Source of the DNA: an uncultured Chlamydiales bacterium
GTDB lineage: Bacteria; Chlamydiota; Chlamydiia; Chlamydiales; Rhabdochlamydiaceae
Length of the DNA: 64,000 nt
Direction of reading: 5' to 3'
NCBI GenBank assembly: GCA_963700985.1
Contig: OY969554.1
Location: forward strand, 1,056,001 to 1,120,000
Shown in pieces: positions 36,373 through 44,780 of the stretch. The position numbers and the translations under genes were made by a program. The notes beneath the pieces were generated by a model that saw nothing but the letters and a program-made list of their open reading frames with translations, made no database searches and was not told where the DNA came from. Each line of letters opens with the position of its first letter. Positions within the stretch are counted from its first letter, which is position 1.

Positions 36373-36847
36373 TTTTTAAGAAATCGAGAAGTTGTGCATA
36401 GGATGGAAGAAATGGAAGAAAGGTGAACCCCTCTCCTTTCTGAACACGATAACCGAATAAGACCTCATCTTTAGCTGCCATGGCAATAAAATAGGCCCCC
36501 ACAAAACTGTTATATCCTAATAGCTGTTCTTTCGCGTCCATGCCCAGGTTATCACTTTTGCATTCGATAAGCAATAGAGGATAAAGAGAATATTGCGGGT
36601 GGATCTCCTTACCAAAGCAGAGGATATCTAACCGCCGTTCAGGCAGTTTTTGACCTGTTAAATGAGAAAGCTGACTAATTTCGCGTTCAATAGCCAATAA
36701 TTCTTTAGGATAGCCGAGCTGCTTGACCATCTGCTGCAGAAGGGCTTGACGAACAAGCTCTTCAGGGGTGGCTGCCACCCAGATGCCCCGCAGCTCATCG
36801 AAAATCTGGCGTTTTTTACTCTGGCAGGATAAGCCCATAATGGCCAT
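36356..36847 (-). CDS. Type I restriction enzyme HsdR N-terminal-like (PD-(D/E)xK) domain protein, stand-alone
   Basis: IFDELR..WVAATPEELVRQ..L...LGYP, RRLDIL, LLIECK, QLLGYN. Confidence 0.85.
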   Translation of the reverse strand: MAIMGLSCQSKKRQIFDELRGIWVAATPEELVRQALLQQMVKQLGYPKELLAIEREISQLSHLTGQKLPERRLDILCFGKEIHPQYSLYPLLLIECKSDNLGMDAKEQLLGYNSFVGAYFIAMAAKDEVLFGYRVQKGEGFTFLPFLPSYAQLLDFLKNVRPS

Positions 36848-37448
36848 CGTTGCGTCGGTAGATCACTTTGAGTTTCTGATCTTCTTCACTGCGGAAAACC
36901 AGAAAATGATCGCCTGAAAGATCCATCTTCATGACAGCTTCTTCAGAAGTTAAAACCTTTAATGGCAACTTTTCTGAGCCGATGACGTGAGGAGTTTGAT
37001 AAACATCATCTTGGGCTTTTTTGGTTACCTGCTCGATATCAGAGTTAATCTCTTCAAGAACGTTGTAAGGATGTCTGAGAACGTTAACGGTGATATCAGT
37101 AGCCGTGAGCTTCTTCGCATGGTGATCGCGGATGCGATCTTTCCAGCGGCGAATCTTCTGCTGCAAGCGATAAACCGCCTCATCGATAGAGGGATACATA
37201 TCCGTGCTGTCGGCAGAAACTTTAATTTTAAAGGTGTCGAACTTGGCGACAATCACCACCACATGCTCGATACGCTGGATATCCATAATCACATGGACTT
37301 CCAATTTATGGCCGTGGAAACGCTCAAGCTTAGAAAGCTTATCGCGTAAATAATTCTTCATGGCTTCCGTCACGAGGACGCTTTTGCCAAAAATCGTTAG
37401 CTTATACCCTTCAGCATCTTCTGCTTCGAACTTGCTTACATCCACCAT
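36816..37448 (-). CDS. hpf: Ribosome hibernation promoting factor (long HPF/RaiA)
   Basis: VTEAMKNY..KLSKL, DMYPSID..LQQKIRRWK, C-terminal EEAVMKMDL..FLVF..VIYRRNDGHYGLI. Confidence 0.93.
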   Translation of the reverse strand: MVDVSKFEAEDAEGYKLTIFGKSVLVTEAMKNYLRDKLSKLERFHGHKLEVHVIMDIQRIEHVVVIVAKFDTFKIKVSADSTDMYPSIDEAVYRLQQKIRRWKDRIRDHHAKKLTATDITVNVLRHPYNVLEEINSDIEQVTKKAQDDVYQTPHVIGSEKLPLKVLTSEEAVMKMDLSGDHFLVFRSEEDQKLKVIYRRNDGHYGLILPE

Positions 37449-37489
37449 AAAATGTCACACGCCTTTTTGATTAAAGATTATTTGCCAGA

Positions 37490-38557
37490 TTATCCATTAA
37501 CCTGAAGATTTGCAACCGATTTTAACTGCCGCTTTCCAAGCTGCCCGCAAGCCGCCATAATGGCTCGTCCTTTTGGATGACGCACCAACGTCTGGTAACC
37601 GCGTTCACGCATCCTCTTGGCAAATGCCTCCATCACCTCTTCTTCCGGCGGCGCGAAAACACCTCGACTTTGCGAATTATATGCGATGAGGTTCACCCGC
37701 ACACGCAATCCTTCTAAATATTGAGCAAGCTCGTCTGCATGCGTAAGAGAGTCGTTAATACCGCGGATCAGCACATACTCTGCAAAAATTTGCCGGCGTG
37801 GGTTGGCGCAATAGCGCAGCAAGACCTCTTTTAGCGCCGCCATATCCCATTTTTTATTCACCGGCATGAGCCTAGCGCGCACGGCATCATTGGGCGCGTT
37901 AACAGACACAGCCAGATTGATCGCCGGATCCATCTCCTCCATAAAACGCACAAGCCCATCCAAATGCCCGCTCGTCGAAACCGTGATGCGCGAGGGGCCG
38001 AAGCCCATGCCCGTAGGCTCAGTCAGAACTTTTAGCGCTTGTGCCAGCTCATCAAAATTATCCAGCGGTTCCCCCATTCCCATAAACACGATATTGCGCA
38101 CCGGCCGTTTCATCTTCTGTTTGGCATAGAAAACTTGAGCGACAATTTCTTGTGCTGACAAAGAACGTAATAGCCCCATCTTAGCCGTTTCACAAAAGGC
38201 GCAGCCCATGCGGCAGCCGATTTGCGAGGAGATGCAAAGCGTGATGCCCGATTGCATAGGGATTAACACCGATTCACTCTCTCTGGCATCGTGATAACGG
38301 AGCAGAAACTTCATCGTTTCGCCTTCTTCGCGCACAAGCGACAACTCTGGCAAAGAAAAATCTGTAAGTTCAATGATCGCACGCACAAGATCTTGCGCCT
38401 GTGTTTCAACCCAAGGGTCTTGCTCAGACACTTCGCCCCTGCGGAACCATTCACTATAAAGTTGGCTAGCATGACGCTCGCCTTTTCCTAATGTAGAGAC
38501 GACAAAAGCTGCAAAACTTCTTTGTGTGTGGCAAAAAATCGAGACTTTAGAAACCAT
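37490..38557 (-). CDS. rlmN: 23S rRNA (adenine2503-C2) methyltransferase RlmN, radical SAM
   Basis: CISSQIGCRMGCAFC (CxxxCxxC), NIVFMGMGEP, ITVSTSG, EYVLIRGIND, AACGQL. Start at MVSKVS; the ORF-track start lies inside the tRNA. Confidence 0.9.
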   Translation of the reverse strand: MVSKVSIFCHTQRSFAAFVVSTLGKGERHASQLYSEWFRRGEVSEQDPWVETQAQDLVRAIIELTDFSLPELSLVREEGETMKFLLRYHDARESESVLIPMQSGITLCISSQIGCRMGCAFCETAKMGLLRSLSAQEIVAQVFYAKQKMKRPVRNIVFMGMGEPLDNFDELAQALKVLTEPTGMGFGPSRITVSTSGHLDGLVRFMEEMDPAINLAVSVNAPNDAVRARLMPVNKKWDMAALKEVLLRYCANPRRQIFAEYVLIRGINDSLTHADELAQYLEGLRVRVNLIAYNSQSRGVFAPPEEEVMEAFAKRMRERGYQTLVRHPKGRAIMAACGQLGKRQLKSVANLQVNG

Positions 38558-38580
38558 GAGAGTGAAGAGGGTGAAAAAAG

Positions 38581-38654
38581 TGCACCGAACAGGACTTGAA
38601 CCTGTAACCACCCGGTTCGAAGCCGGGTACTCTATCCGATTGAGCTATCGGTGC
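38581..38654 (-). tRNA. tRNA-Arg (UCG)
   Basis: GCACCGATAGCTCAATCGGATAGAGTACCCGGCTTCGAACCGGGTGGTTACAGGTTCAAGTCCTGTTCGGTGCA; anticodon TCG. Confidence 0.96.
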
Positions 38655-38708
38655 ATTGAAGTTGAAAATCTAGAGACTTTTAACAAAATCACTCTTTTAA
38701 AGGAAGAA

Positions 38709-39320
38709 ATGGAAGAGACCGAGGGCATAGTCCTTAAAAGCATCGATTTCAAGGATCATGAACGCATTATTACTATTTTCACCCGCGATCTGGGCATCGC
38801 CAGCTTGATCGTGAAAGGCGTGCGCGGCGGCAACTTGCAAAAACTCGCCATCACCACCCCCTTCTGCCAGGTAGAATTTCTTTACAGCCGCGGCAAATCC
38901 GAGCTTTTGCGCTACCACGATAGCACCGTGCTGCATGAACACCATGAGTTGCGCACCCAATACGCTCATTTAGAGGCCGCTGGCCTCATGGCCAAAGCCA
39001 TCCTCCAGTTCCAGCTCCCCGGCACCCCGGCGCCCACTCTATATGCACTTTTTGAACGCTACCTCAAAAAAATCCCCGAATTCCCCAATCCACTGCCCCT
39101 TACTACAAGCTTCCTGCTTAAAATGTTACACCTAGAGGGGCTCATCTCAGAAGACAGTCACGACGGCAGAATAACCTCTACCTTCACATCAGCTGAAAAA
39201 GAAATTCTTAAAGAACTGATCCAAAGCCGCAGCTTCCAAAAACTCAGCCAGCTGCCCGTTACGCCCGAATTCGCCAAGAAGATAAGCGACTTCTTCGCGA
39301 GCCGTATTCAAGGAGATTGA
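38709..39320 (+). CDS. recO: DNA repair protein RecO
   Basis: TEGIVLKSIDFKDHERIITIFTRDLGIASLIVKG OB-fold N-terminus; LYALF..L, FLLKML. Confidence 0.9.
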   Translation: MEETEGIVLKSIDFKDHERIITIFTRDLGIASLIVKGVRGGNLQKLAITTPFCQVEFLYSRGKSELLRYHDSTVLHEHHELRTQYAHLEAAGLMAKAILQFQLPGTPAPTLYALFERYLKKIPEFPNPLPLTTSFLLKMLHLEGLISEDSHDGRITSTFTSAEKEILKELIQSRSFQKLSQLPVTPEFAKKISDFFASRIQGD

Positions 39321-39353
39321 TTAGACCTTTTATGCACCTAGAAAAATAGCCTA

Positions 39354-40232
39354 TTAATCAATGGAATGAGCAGAAAGAAACTTCTCGATTTTCGCAACCA
39401 GAGCAATTGGAGTCTCTATCATTGGATAATGCCCCGACTCTTTGCACCACTCTAACTTAGCATTCGGGTACCACTTCAAAAATGTATCGCGCATGAACGC
39501 TTCGCTTCCTTCAAAGTCATGTTCACCAATTAAGACTAATATAGGGGTGGTTAGGCCTTTTACGGATTCAGAGAAATCGGTATGAAAAAACATGTTCATG
39601 TATCCAAGGCGGGCTTCGCTCGTAGACCACTTACGGTTATCTGAAACCATTTTCTTAGCGAATGCCTTCGTATAACGATTGCTAGTCAATGTATTGACGC
39701 ATTCCATGGCAGCTTCATCGTTGTCTAAGGCTGCACTTGCAAAAAAGTCCATCATCTCTTTAGGACCTGGCGATCCAGAAGCAGGTACCGGCGTTATTGC
39801 TACGACGCTTTTAACTCTTGAGGGATTGTCTACAGCAATTTTTTGAACGATCATACCGGACATTGAGTGCCCAACCAGATGAAATTTACTCCAGGCTAAA
39901 GAATCGATCAACTTCATCGCGTCAGCACTCGCTTCTTTGACTGAATATGTCCCTCTTATATCTTTGGAACGACCATAGCCGCGCAAATCTACAAAAACAT
40001 AGGTAAAATCATCTGTGTTAAGATAAGGAAGCATAGAATCGTAACTCGTCGAATCGCCCATCCAATTATGCATGACAAGTACTTTTTCTTTTCCTGATCC
40101 AATTTGTTTATGAGCGATAAATTCCATATTTTGGTTCTCCGATGAATTGAGGGATTGCGCCGGCACAGAGAATACGAAAGTAGCAAGAAAAGCGATAAAT
40201 CCAGTCATTTTAAAAAAAATGGATTGAAACAT
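39354..40232 (-). CDS. Exported alpha/beta hydrolase (paralog of 25931-26839)
   Basis: Signal peptide; VGHSMSG, SGHYPMIETP; long identical stretches with the paralog. Confidence 0.9.
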   Translation of the reverse strand: MFQSIFFKMTGFIAFLATFVFSVPAQSLNSSENQNMEFIAHKQIGSGKEKVLVMHNWMGDSTSYDSMLPYLNTDDFTYVFVDLRGYGRSKDIRGTYSVKEASADAMKLIDSLAWSKFHLVGHSMSGMIVQKIAVDNPSRVKSVVAITPVPASGSPGPKEMMDFFASAALDNDEAAMECVNTLTSNRYTKAFAKKMVSDNRKWSTSEARLGYMNMFFHTDFSESVKGLTTPILVLIGEHDFEGSEAFMRDTFLKWYPNAKLEWCKESGHYPMIETPIALVAKIEKFLSAHSID

Positions 40233-40334
40233 AAGAAACTCTAGGTTCGTGATTTAACTGAAAATCATGACAAAACTGATGTTTTACAACAAGCTTCCAA
40301 AAAGAACGTAGAATTGATAGAAACCGAAGAGAGA

Positions 40335-40418
40335 TGCGAAAGGGGGGACTCGAACCCCCAAGAGGAAAACCCCACTACCACCTCAAGGTAGCGCGTCTGC
40401 CAGTTCCGCCACTTCCGC
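40335..40418 (-). tRNA. tRNA-Leu (GAG)
   Basis: GCGGAAGTGGCGGAACTGGCAGACGCGCTACCTTGAGGTGGTAGT...GGTTCGAGTCCCCCCTTTCGCA; anticodon GAG, long variable arm. Confidence 0.95.
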
Positions 40419-40544
40419 AAAGAAAAGCGAACCGATTCTACGTTTAGTAACATATTCGTTCAAGAGTTGTCTTCGTTCAGTCCGCACTTGCCTACAAATA
40501 AATTTTCTACTAACGTCTCTCTGTTCATTGCAACGGAGACCTTT

Positions 40545-42446
40545 ATGAAACGACTATTTTCACTCTTTTTTCTACTCCCCTTGCTTTTAGATGCAGTTGA
40601 TCGCGAAAAAATCTTTTCAGGAAATGAAGATCCTGTCCTCTTCCATCACGTCAATGTGATCTCAGGACATCTCAATCTTTCATTAAGTGATGGCGAAGTG
40701 CAGGGAGCAAAATCTCTTCCACTTACCCGCACCTACACAAGCGCCGGTGCCCTTGAGCGCACGATCAATCAACCTGATCTTATTCTTAAAACTCTGCGCG
40801 GTGGCTGGCTCATCCAAGGCGGATGGGGATACTTCCCTCACGCCAATCTCTTAATAGAACCCTCTTCAAAAGTAAAAAACTACAAAGCCTACCTCGCCCA
40901 ACCTAATGGCACCCTGATCACATATTCGTTTAGTCACAAAGAAGACAAAAACACGCTTTACTTGAAGCCTGATAAAGCTCTTACGCCAGGCTCAAGCGAT
41001 AAAAGTGCGCGCACAAACCCTCGTAATAATCTGTTGCTGCTCGAGCTAAAAACGGGTAAAGCTACTCTTACGCTTCCTGATGGAGCAGTCCGCACTTATG
41101 CAGGGCCTTCGCTCGTGGCGCTTGGACCCCAATTCAGACAGGCGTTTTTCCTGCTTGAAAAAGAGGTTCTCGCCAGTAAGCACTGCATCCAATACTCCTA
41201 TGATAGTGCAAAGCGCTTAAGTCGTGTTTCCGTTACCAATCCAGATGAGACCAAAACTTTCGCCTGGATAAACTTCGATCTGTTTCAAATGAGTTCGCCC
41301 TTCCAATTTCATGCGCTGACTTCTAATGGCAAAGAGATCAACTATCGCGCTATGAATTATAAGCTCCGCGATTACTTATGCGATGTACAGAGCAATTATG
41401 CTCCGCACGAAGCTGTAACTTACGCACCCGGACGCAAAGGAATTGGCGCGCGCTTGGAAAAGTTCTATTTGGATGATAAATTGCAGTTTTCCGTCAGCTA
41501 TTATCTCCCACCAGATGATAAGAGCGATAAAAAATGGGCTGATCACCCTGAAGAAAAAAGCTTCGCAACTGATAAAGTTAGCCTATTAGAAGCTCCGATT
41601 GGACCAGATGGCCAGCTGCTGCCAATTGGCCAGTTCACGTATTATCCAAATCACACTGACGTGCGTGATGAAAACAATCTTCTCACCCGTTACAACCATA
41701 ATGGCAAACACCTCTCTTCAATCGAATACTACGACAAAAATGAACGCCTGCAGTCGACATTGAAATTTCTCTGTCAAGGTGGCCACATGTGCGCGAAAAC
41801 CTTGTTAAATGAAGTAGGCCAGCCGATTCTTTCCAAAACATTCTCCTATGATGACGAAGGCAACCTGCTTGAAGAAACCCTCTGGGGAAATCTTTCCGGC
41901 GTCTTTCCTGTGGAATTTTCCTTGAATCCAGATGGTTCTCTATCTGGGTCAGAAACTTCACGCAAACACTTCACCTATCTCCCCCACTTTAACCTCCCGC
42001 TGGTGGAAGAAGAGGAAGATGGCCTGACATACAGATACACTTACAAGAAAGACACCAACCTGCTCACTTCAAAATTCACATGCATGAAGACAAAAGTTTT
42101 GCGCCGTGAATTTTTCGCATATGACGATGATAACCTTCTGATTGAAGAGATCGTCGATGATGGCGACTCATGCGATCCAGCTGAGTTCAGCCAAGCCACA
42201 GAACGTAAAATTAAAAGATATGAGCTCGATCCCGATTCTGGCTTGCCACGCTTCTTAACCGAAGCTTTTTGGGATCCGATTCTCCAAGATGAGACTCCGA
42301 CTAAAAAAATTAGTTACACACATGACTCTTTTGGGAAACTAATTGATACACAAGAAGTGCCAATCGAGGTCATTAAAGAAATTATTCCCACAAACCCAAC
42401 CGAACCATTAACTGAAACGCCCCCAACTAATGAGGTCGCGGCATAA
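40545..42446 (+). CDS. Exported RHS/YD-repeat protein, N-terminal half only (no RHS core or toxin tip)
   Basis: Signal peptide; HVNVISG..D..V.G...LTRTYTS (DUF6531-like); YD repeats (YSYDSAKRL, FSYDDEGNL, FAYDDDNLL). Ends without a PxxxxDPxG motif. Confidence 0.8.
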   Translation: MKRLFSLFFLLPLLLDAVDREKIFSGNEDPVLFHHVNVISGHLNLSLSDGEVQGAKSLPLTRTYTSAGALERTINQPDLILKTLRGGWLIQGGWGYFPHANLLIEPSSKVKNYKAYLAQPNGTLITYSFSHKEDKNTLYLKPDKALTPGSSDKSARTNPRNNLLLLELKTGKATLTLPDGAVRTYAGPSLVALGPQFRQAFFLLEKEVLASKHCIQYSYDSAKRLSRVSVTNPDETKTFAWINFDLFQMSSPFQFHALTSNGKEINYRAMNYKLRDYLCDVQSNYAPHEAVTYAPGRKGIGARLEKFYLDDKLQFSVSYYLPPDDKSDKKWADHPEEKSFATDKVSLLEAPIGPDGQLLPIGQFTYYPNHTDVRDENNLLTRYNHNGKHLSSIEYYDKNERLQSTLKFLCQGGHMCAKTLLNEVGQPILSKTFSYDDEGNLLEETLWGNLSGVFPVEFSLNPDGSLSGSETSRKHFTYLPHFNLPLVEEEEDGLTYRYTYKKDTNLLTSKFTCMKTKVLRREFFAYDDDNLLIEEIVDDGDSCDPAEFSQATERKIKRYELDPDSGLPRFLTEAFWDPILQDETPTKKISYTHDSFGKLIDTQEVPIEVIKEIIPTNPTEPLTETPPTNEVAA

Positions 42447-42490
42447 ATGGATAATAGGGTATAAGGGGATTATTCACTTTTTTGGAACCT

Positions 42491-43285
42491 ATGCGTTGCA
42501 CCGGCTATTGCACAGCCTCATCTTACGACATCCCGCGCCTTCAACAGGAAATTCAGAAACAACTTCCTAGCCAGATGTATCGGGACGTCGTTCATTCGCA
42601 AATCCGTGAGGATAAGCGTATTAAGGGCGATGTCTTCTATTTCAACTATGGCATTGTAGTTTTCTGGGGATTTACCCAAGAAGAAGAGCAAGAGCTGCTG
42701 CGCTCCCTAAAAGACTTCGAAAAAGAACCCTATCATAAGCCTGAGATCGATGAGTTCACCTATGTCTATGGTGAAGCCATGAAGATCGAAGAAGATGAGA
42801 TCGTGCTGCAAAACAAGAGCAGCCTCACTAAACTGGCCATCTCTTACGGCATCGCTCAATCGGTTAAGCTCACCATTTTTGAAGAGATGATCCAGAAAAC
42901 CATCGATCATACCAAGCATCTGCCCTCTTCCCTGGCCAAGCATGGAAAAATCGCTCTAACGCGTAAAGAAATCTCTCAAAAGATGGGCGAGATCTTCATT
43001 GAACGCAGCTTTATTAACCTGCATTCAGAAATCCTCGATACGCCTGAGTTTTTCTGGAATCACCCCGAACTTGAGCCTTTCTATCGCCGGACAGCCCATT
43101 ATCTGGATGTCACTAAGCGCGTAGAGCTTCTGAATAAGCGCCTCAACGTCGTGCATGAACTTTTCGAAGTACTTACAAGCGAACTCAACCACCAACACTC
43201 CTCTCGCCTCGAGATGGCCATTATCGGCCTAATCGTCATCGAAGTCGTGCTGGCCGTTATGAAAGACATCTTCCACCTGATTTAA
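42491..43285 (+). CDS. RMD1/DUF155 family protein
   Basis: FNYGIVVFWG, AISYGIAQSVKL.FE, ILDTPEFFW, YLDV..RV..LN.RL, LEMAIIGLI.IE. Confidence 0.92.
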   Translation: MRCTGYCTASSYDIPRLQQEIQKQLPSQMYRDVVHSQIREDKRIKGDVFYFNYGIVVFWGFTQEEEQELLRSLKDFEKEPYHKPEIDEFTYVYGEAMKIEEDEIVLQNKSSLTKLAISYGIAQSVKLTIFEEMIQKTIDHTKHLPSSLAKHGKIALTRKEISQKMGEIFIERSFINLHSEILDTPEFFWNHPELEPFYRRTAHYLDVTKRVELLNKRLNVVHELFEVLTSELNHQHSSRLEMAIIGLIVIEVVLAVMKDIFHLI

Positions 43286-43378
43286 AATAATAATTTTATA
43301 TCAAAGCCCACCCTTAAATACCGCTCTTGTAAGTTATAGTATGTTTGTATTATAATTTTTGTAACTTAAGAGGTAATT

Positions 43379-44254
43379 ATGACATCAGGCATTACTCCCA
43401 CAAATCAAAAAATTCATACTCAAAATGACATTGCGCCCTTCTCAGCGCATAAAAACCAGTCTCAAGCTGATTTTAGTTCCTCTTCCTTATCAGCTTCTAC
43501 GCAACCCCCAAAGAATGTTGCAAACTCATCCTGGGATTGCCTTTCTGCCGTTTGGGAATTTTTCGCCGGCTGCTTAAGCGATATTGGGTCTTTTTTCCAG
43601 GGCATCTTCTCCTTTTTCTTCTCTGCTGCAGAATCGCCCCCGCTTCCACTTACCCCATCCCAGTTAGTCTCTGCTTTTTGCGAGAAATGGAAAAAATTTG
43701 ATCGTACTGTTGCACCTACTCCAGAAGCTATTGCCGAGTGGGGAAATGAGCTTGAAGCTCTTCCTGATACAGCACGCCATAAGGCTCTCATGAAATTTTC
43801 TGAAGGAGAACGCAAGGGAGGCCCTGTTTCACTTGCTCAGGAATTCGAGTTCATGAAAAGAGCCGTGGCTAATAACGAAGTCTTAATTTCTCTACAGAAG
43901 TGGCTAATCACACAAAAGCGTATAGAAGCTTTTCCTAAAGTCGAACAATTTTTCATGAAGTGGAGTAATCCTCTAAAATCTGCTAGTCTACAACAGATGC
44001 AAAGCGTATGGAAGACAGAGATGGCCGCCACTCTCGCTCTTTCATCTGAAATTGCTGAATATGCCATTCAATCTTACATTCATGATCACGCTAAAGAATT
44101 CCCCGGTTACATGGGTGAATGGAATGAGCAAATGAATGCTAAAATCACTGCAACTATCTTGGATTCATGCGCAGATAATTCGGCGCTTCTAGGTCTTAGA
44201 GAGTGGCTTGCAATGGCCAAAACTGAAAAGCACGAATCCAAAAGAGGTCATTAA
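43379..44254 (+). CDS. Hypothetical protein, candidate secreted effector with amphipathic aromatic/Cys segment
   Basis: Ser/Thr/Pro-rich N-terminus; WDCLSAVWEFFAGCLSDIGSFFQGIFSFFF; upstream TTGTAA-N18-TATAAT and SD GAGG. Confidence 0.7.
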   Translation: MTSGITPTNQKIHTQNDIAPFSAHKNQSQADFSSSSLSASTQPPKNVANSSWDCLSAVWEFFAGCLSDIGSFFQGIFSFFFSAAESPPLPLTPSQLVSAFCEKWKKFDRTVAPTPEAIAEWGNELEALPDTARHKALMKFSEGERKGGPVSLAQEFEFMKRAVANNEVLISLQKWLITQKRIEAFPKVEQFFMKWSNPLKSASLQQMQSVWKTEMAATLALSSEIAEYAIQSYIHDHAKEFPGYMGEWNEQMNAKITATILDSCADNSALLGLREWLAMAKTEKHESKRGH

Positions 44255-44327
44255 TTAAATTATTAATCGAACATTAATATTTAATTAATCTGTATTTCCG
44301 AAATGCCATTCATTAATATCCTACAGT

Positions 44328-44687
44328 ATGGTTACCAAACCAACTGTATTAACTTCCCTCACAAAGGCTGAAACAAAGAGTCGCCAAGCGGACTCTCACC
44401 CTCAGCCCATTCCCACATTAATGCGAAAAGCTCTGATGCGCGCAGGCGTACTCGAAAATGAAATCCCTAATTTCTTATCTTGGGCGTTCGAAGGCAGAGT
44501 CCCCTCCACCTTCCATGAGCTCTGTGTGATCTGGAATGAAAAATTCGGCAGTCAGTTATGGCTGAACGTACAACAATTGAGCTCAGCTCAAGAGTGCTCA
44601 GATTTTTTCTTCCAAATGGGCAAAGTCTTTGTAGATACACGTTCAAATAAGAGAAAATCTTTGCCGCATATGTGCACGATTGTCTAA
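44328..44687 (+). CDS. Hypothetical protein
   Basis: 119-aa ORF filling the gap before parE; ends MCTIV (CaaX-like). Confidence 0.55.
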   Translation: MVTKPTVLTSLTKAETKSRQADSHPQPIPTLMRKALMRAGVLENEIPNFLSWAFEGRVPSTFHELCVIWNEKFGSQLWLNVQQLSSAQECSDFFFQMGKVFVDTRSNKRKSLPHMCTIV

Positions 44688-44780
44688 GATGAAAATTTCA
44701 CAAATTAATTAGAGTAAAAGCTTTAATCATTCGCAAAATACTCATATATATAAGAAAAAGCGAGAAGATAGATCCTGATT

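Noticed and set aside
34383..36847. YwqK antitoxin plus HsdR-N as a toxin-antitoxin or restriction system
   Set aside because: The MORN-variant repeat is a generic fold, and no toxin, methyltransferase, specificity subunit or helicase is adjacent.
38526..38708. Long N-terminal extensions of recO and rlmN in the ORF track
   Set aside because: They run through tRNA-Arg; downstream ATGs match the expected protein starts.
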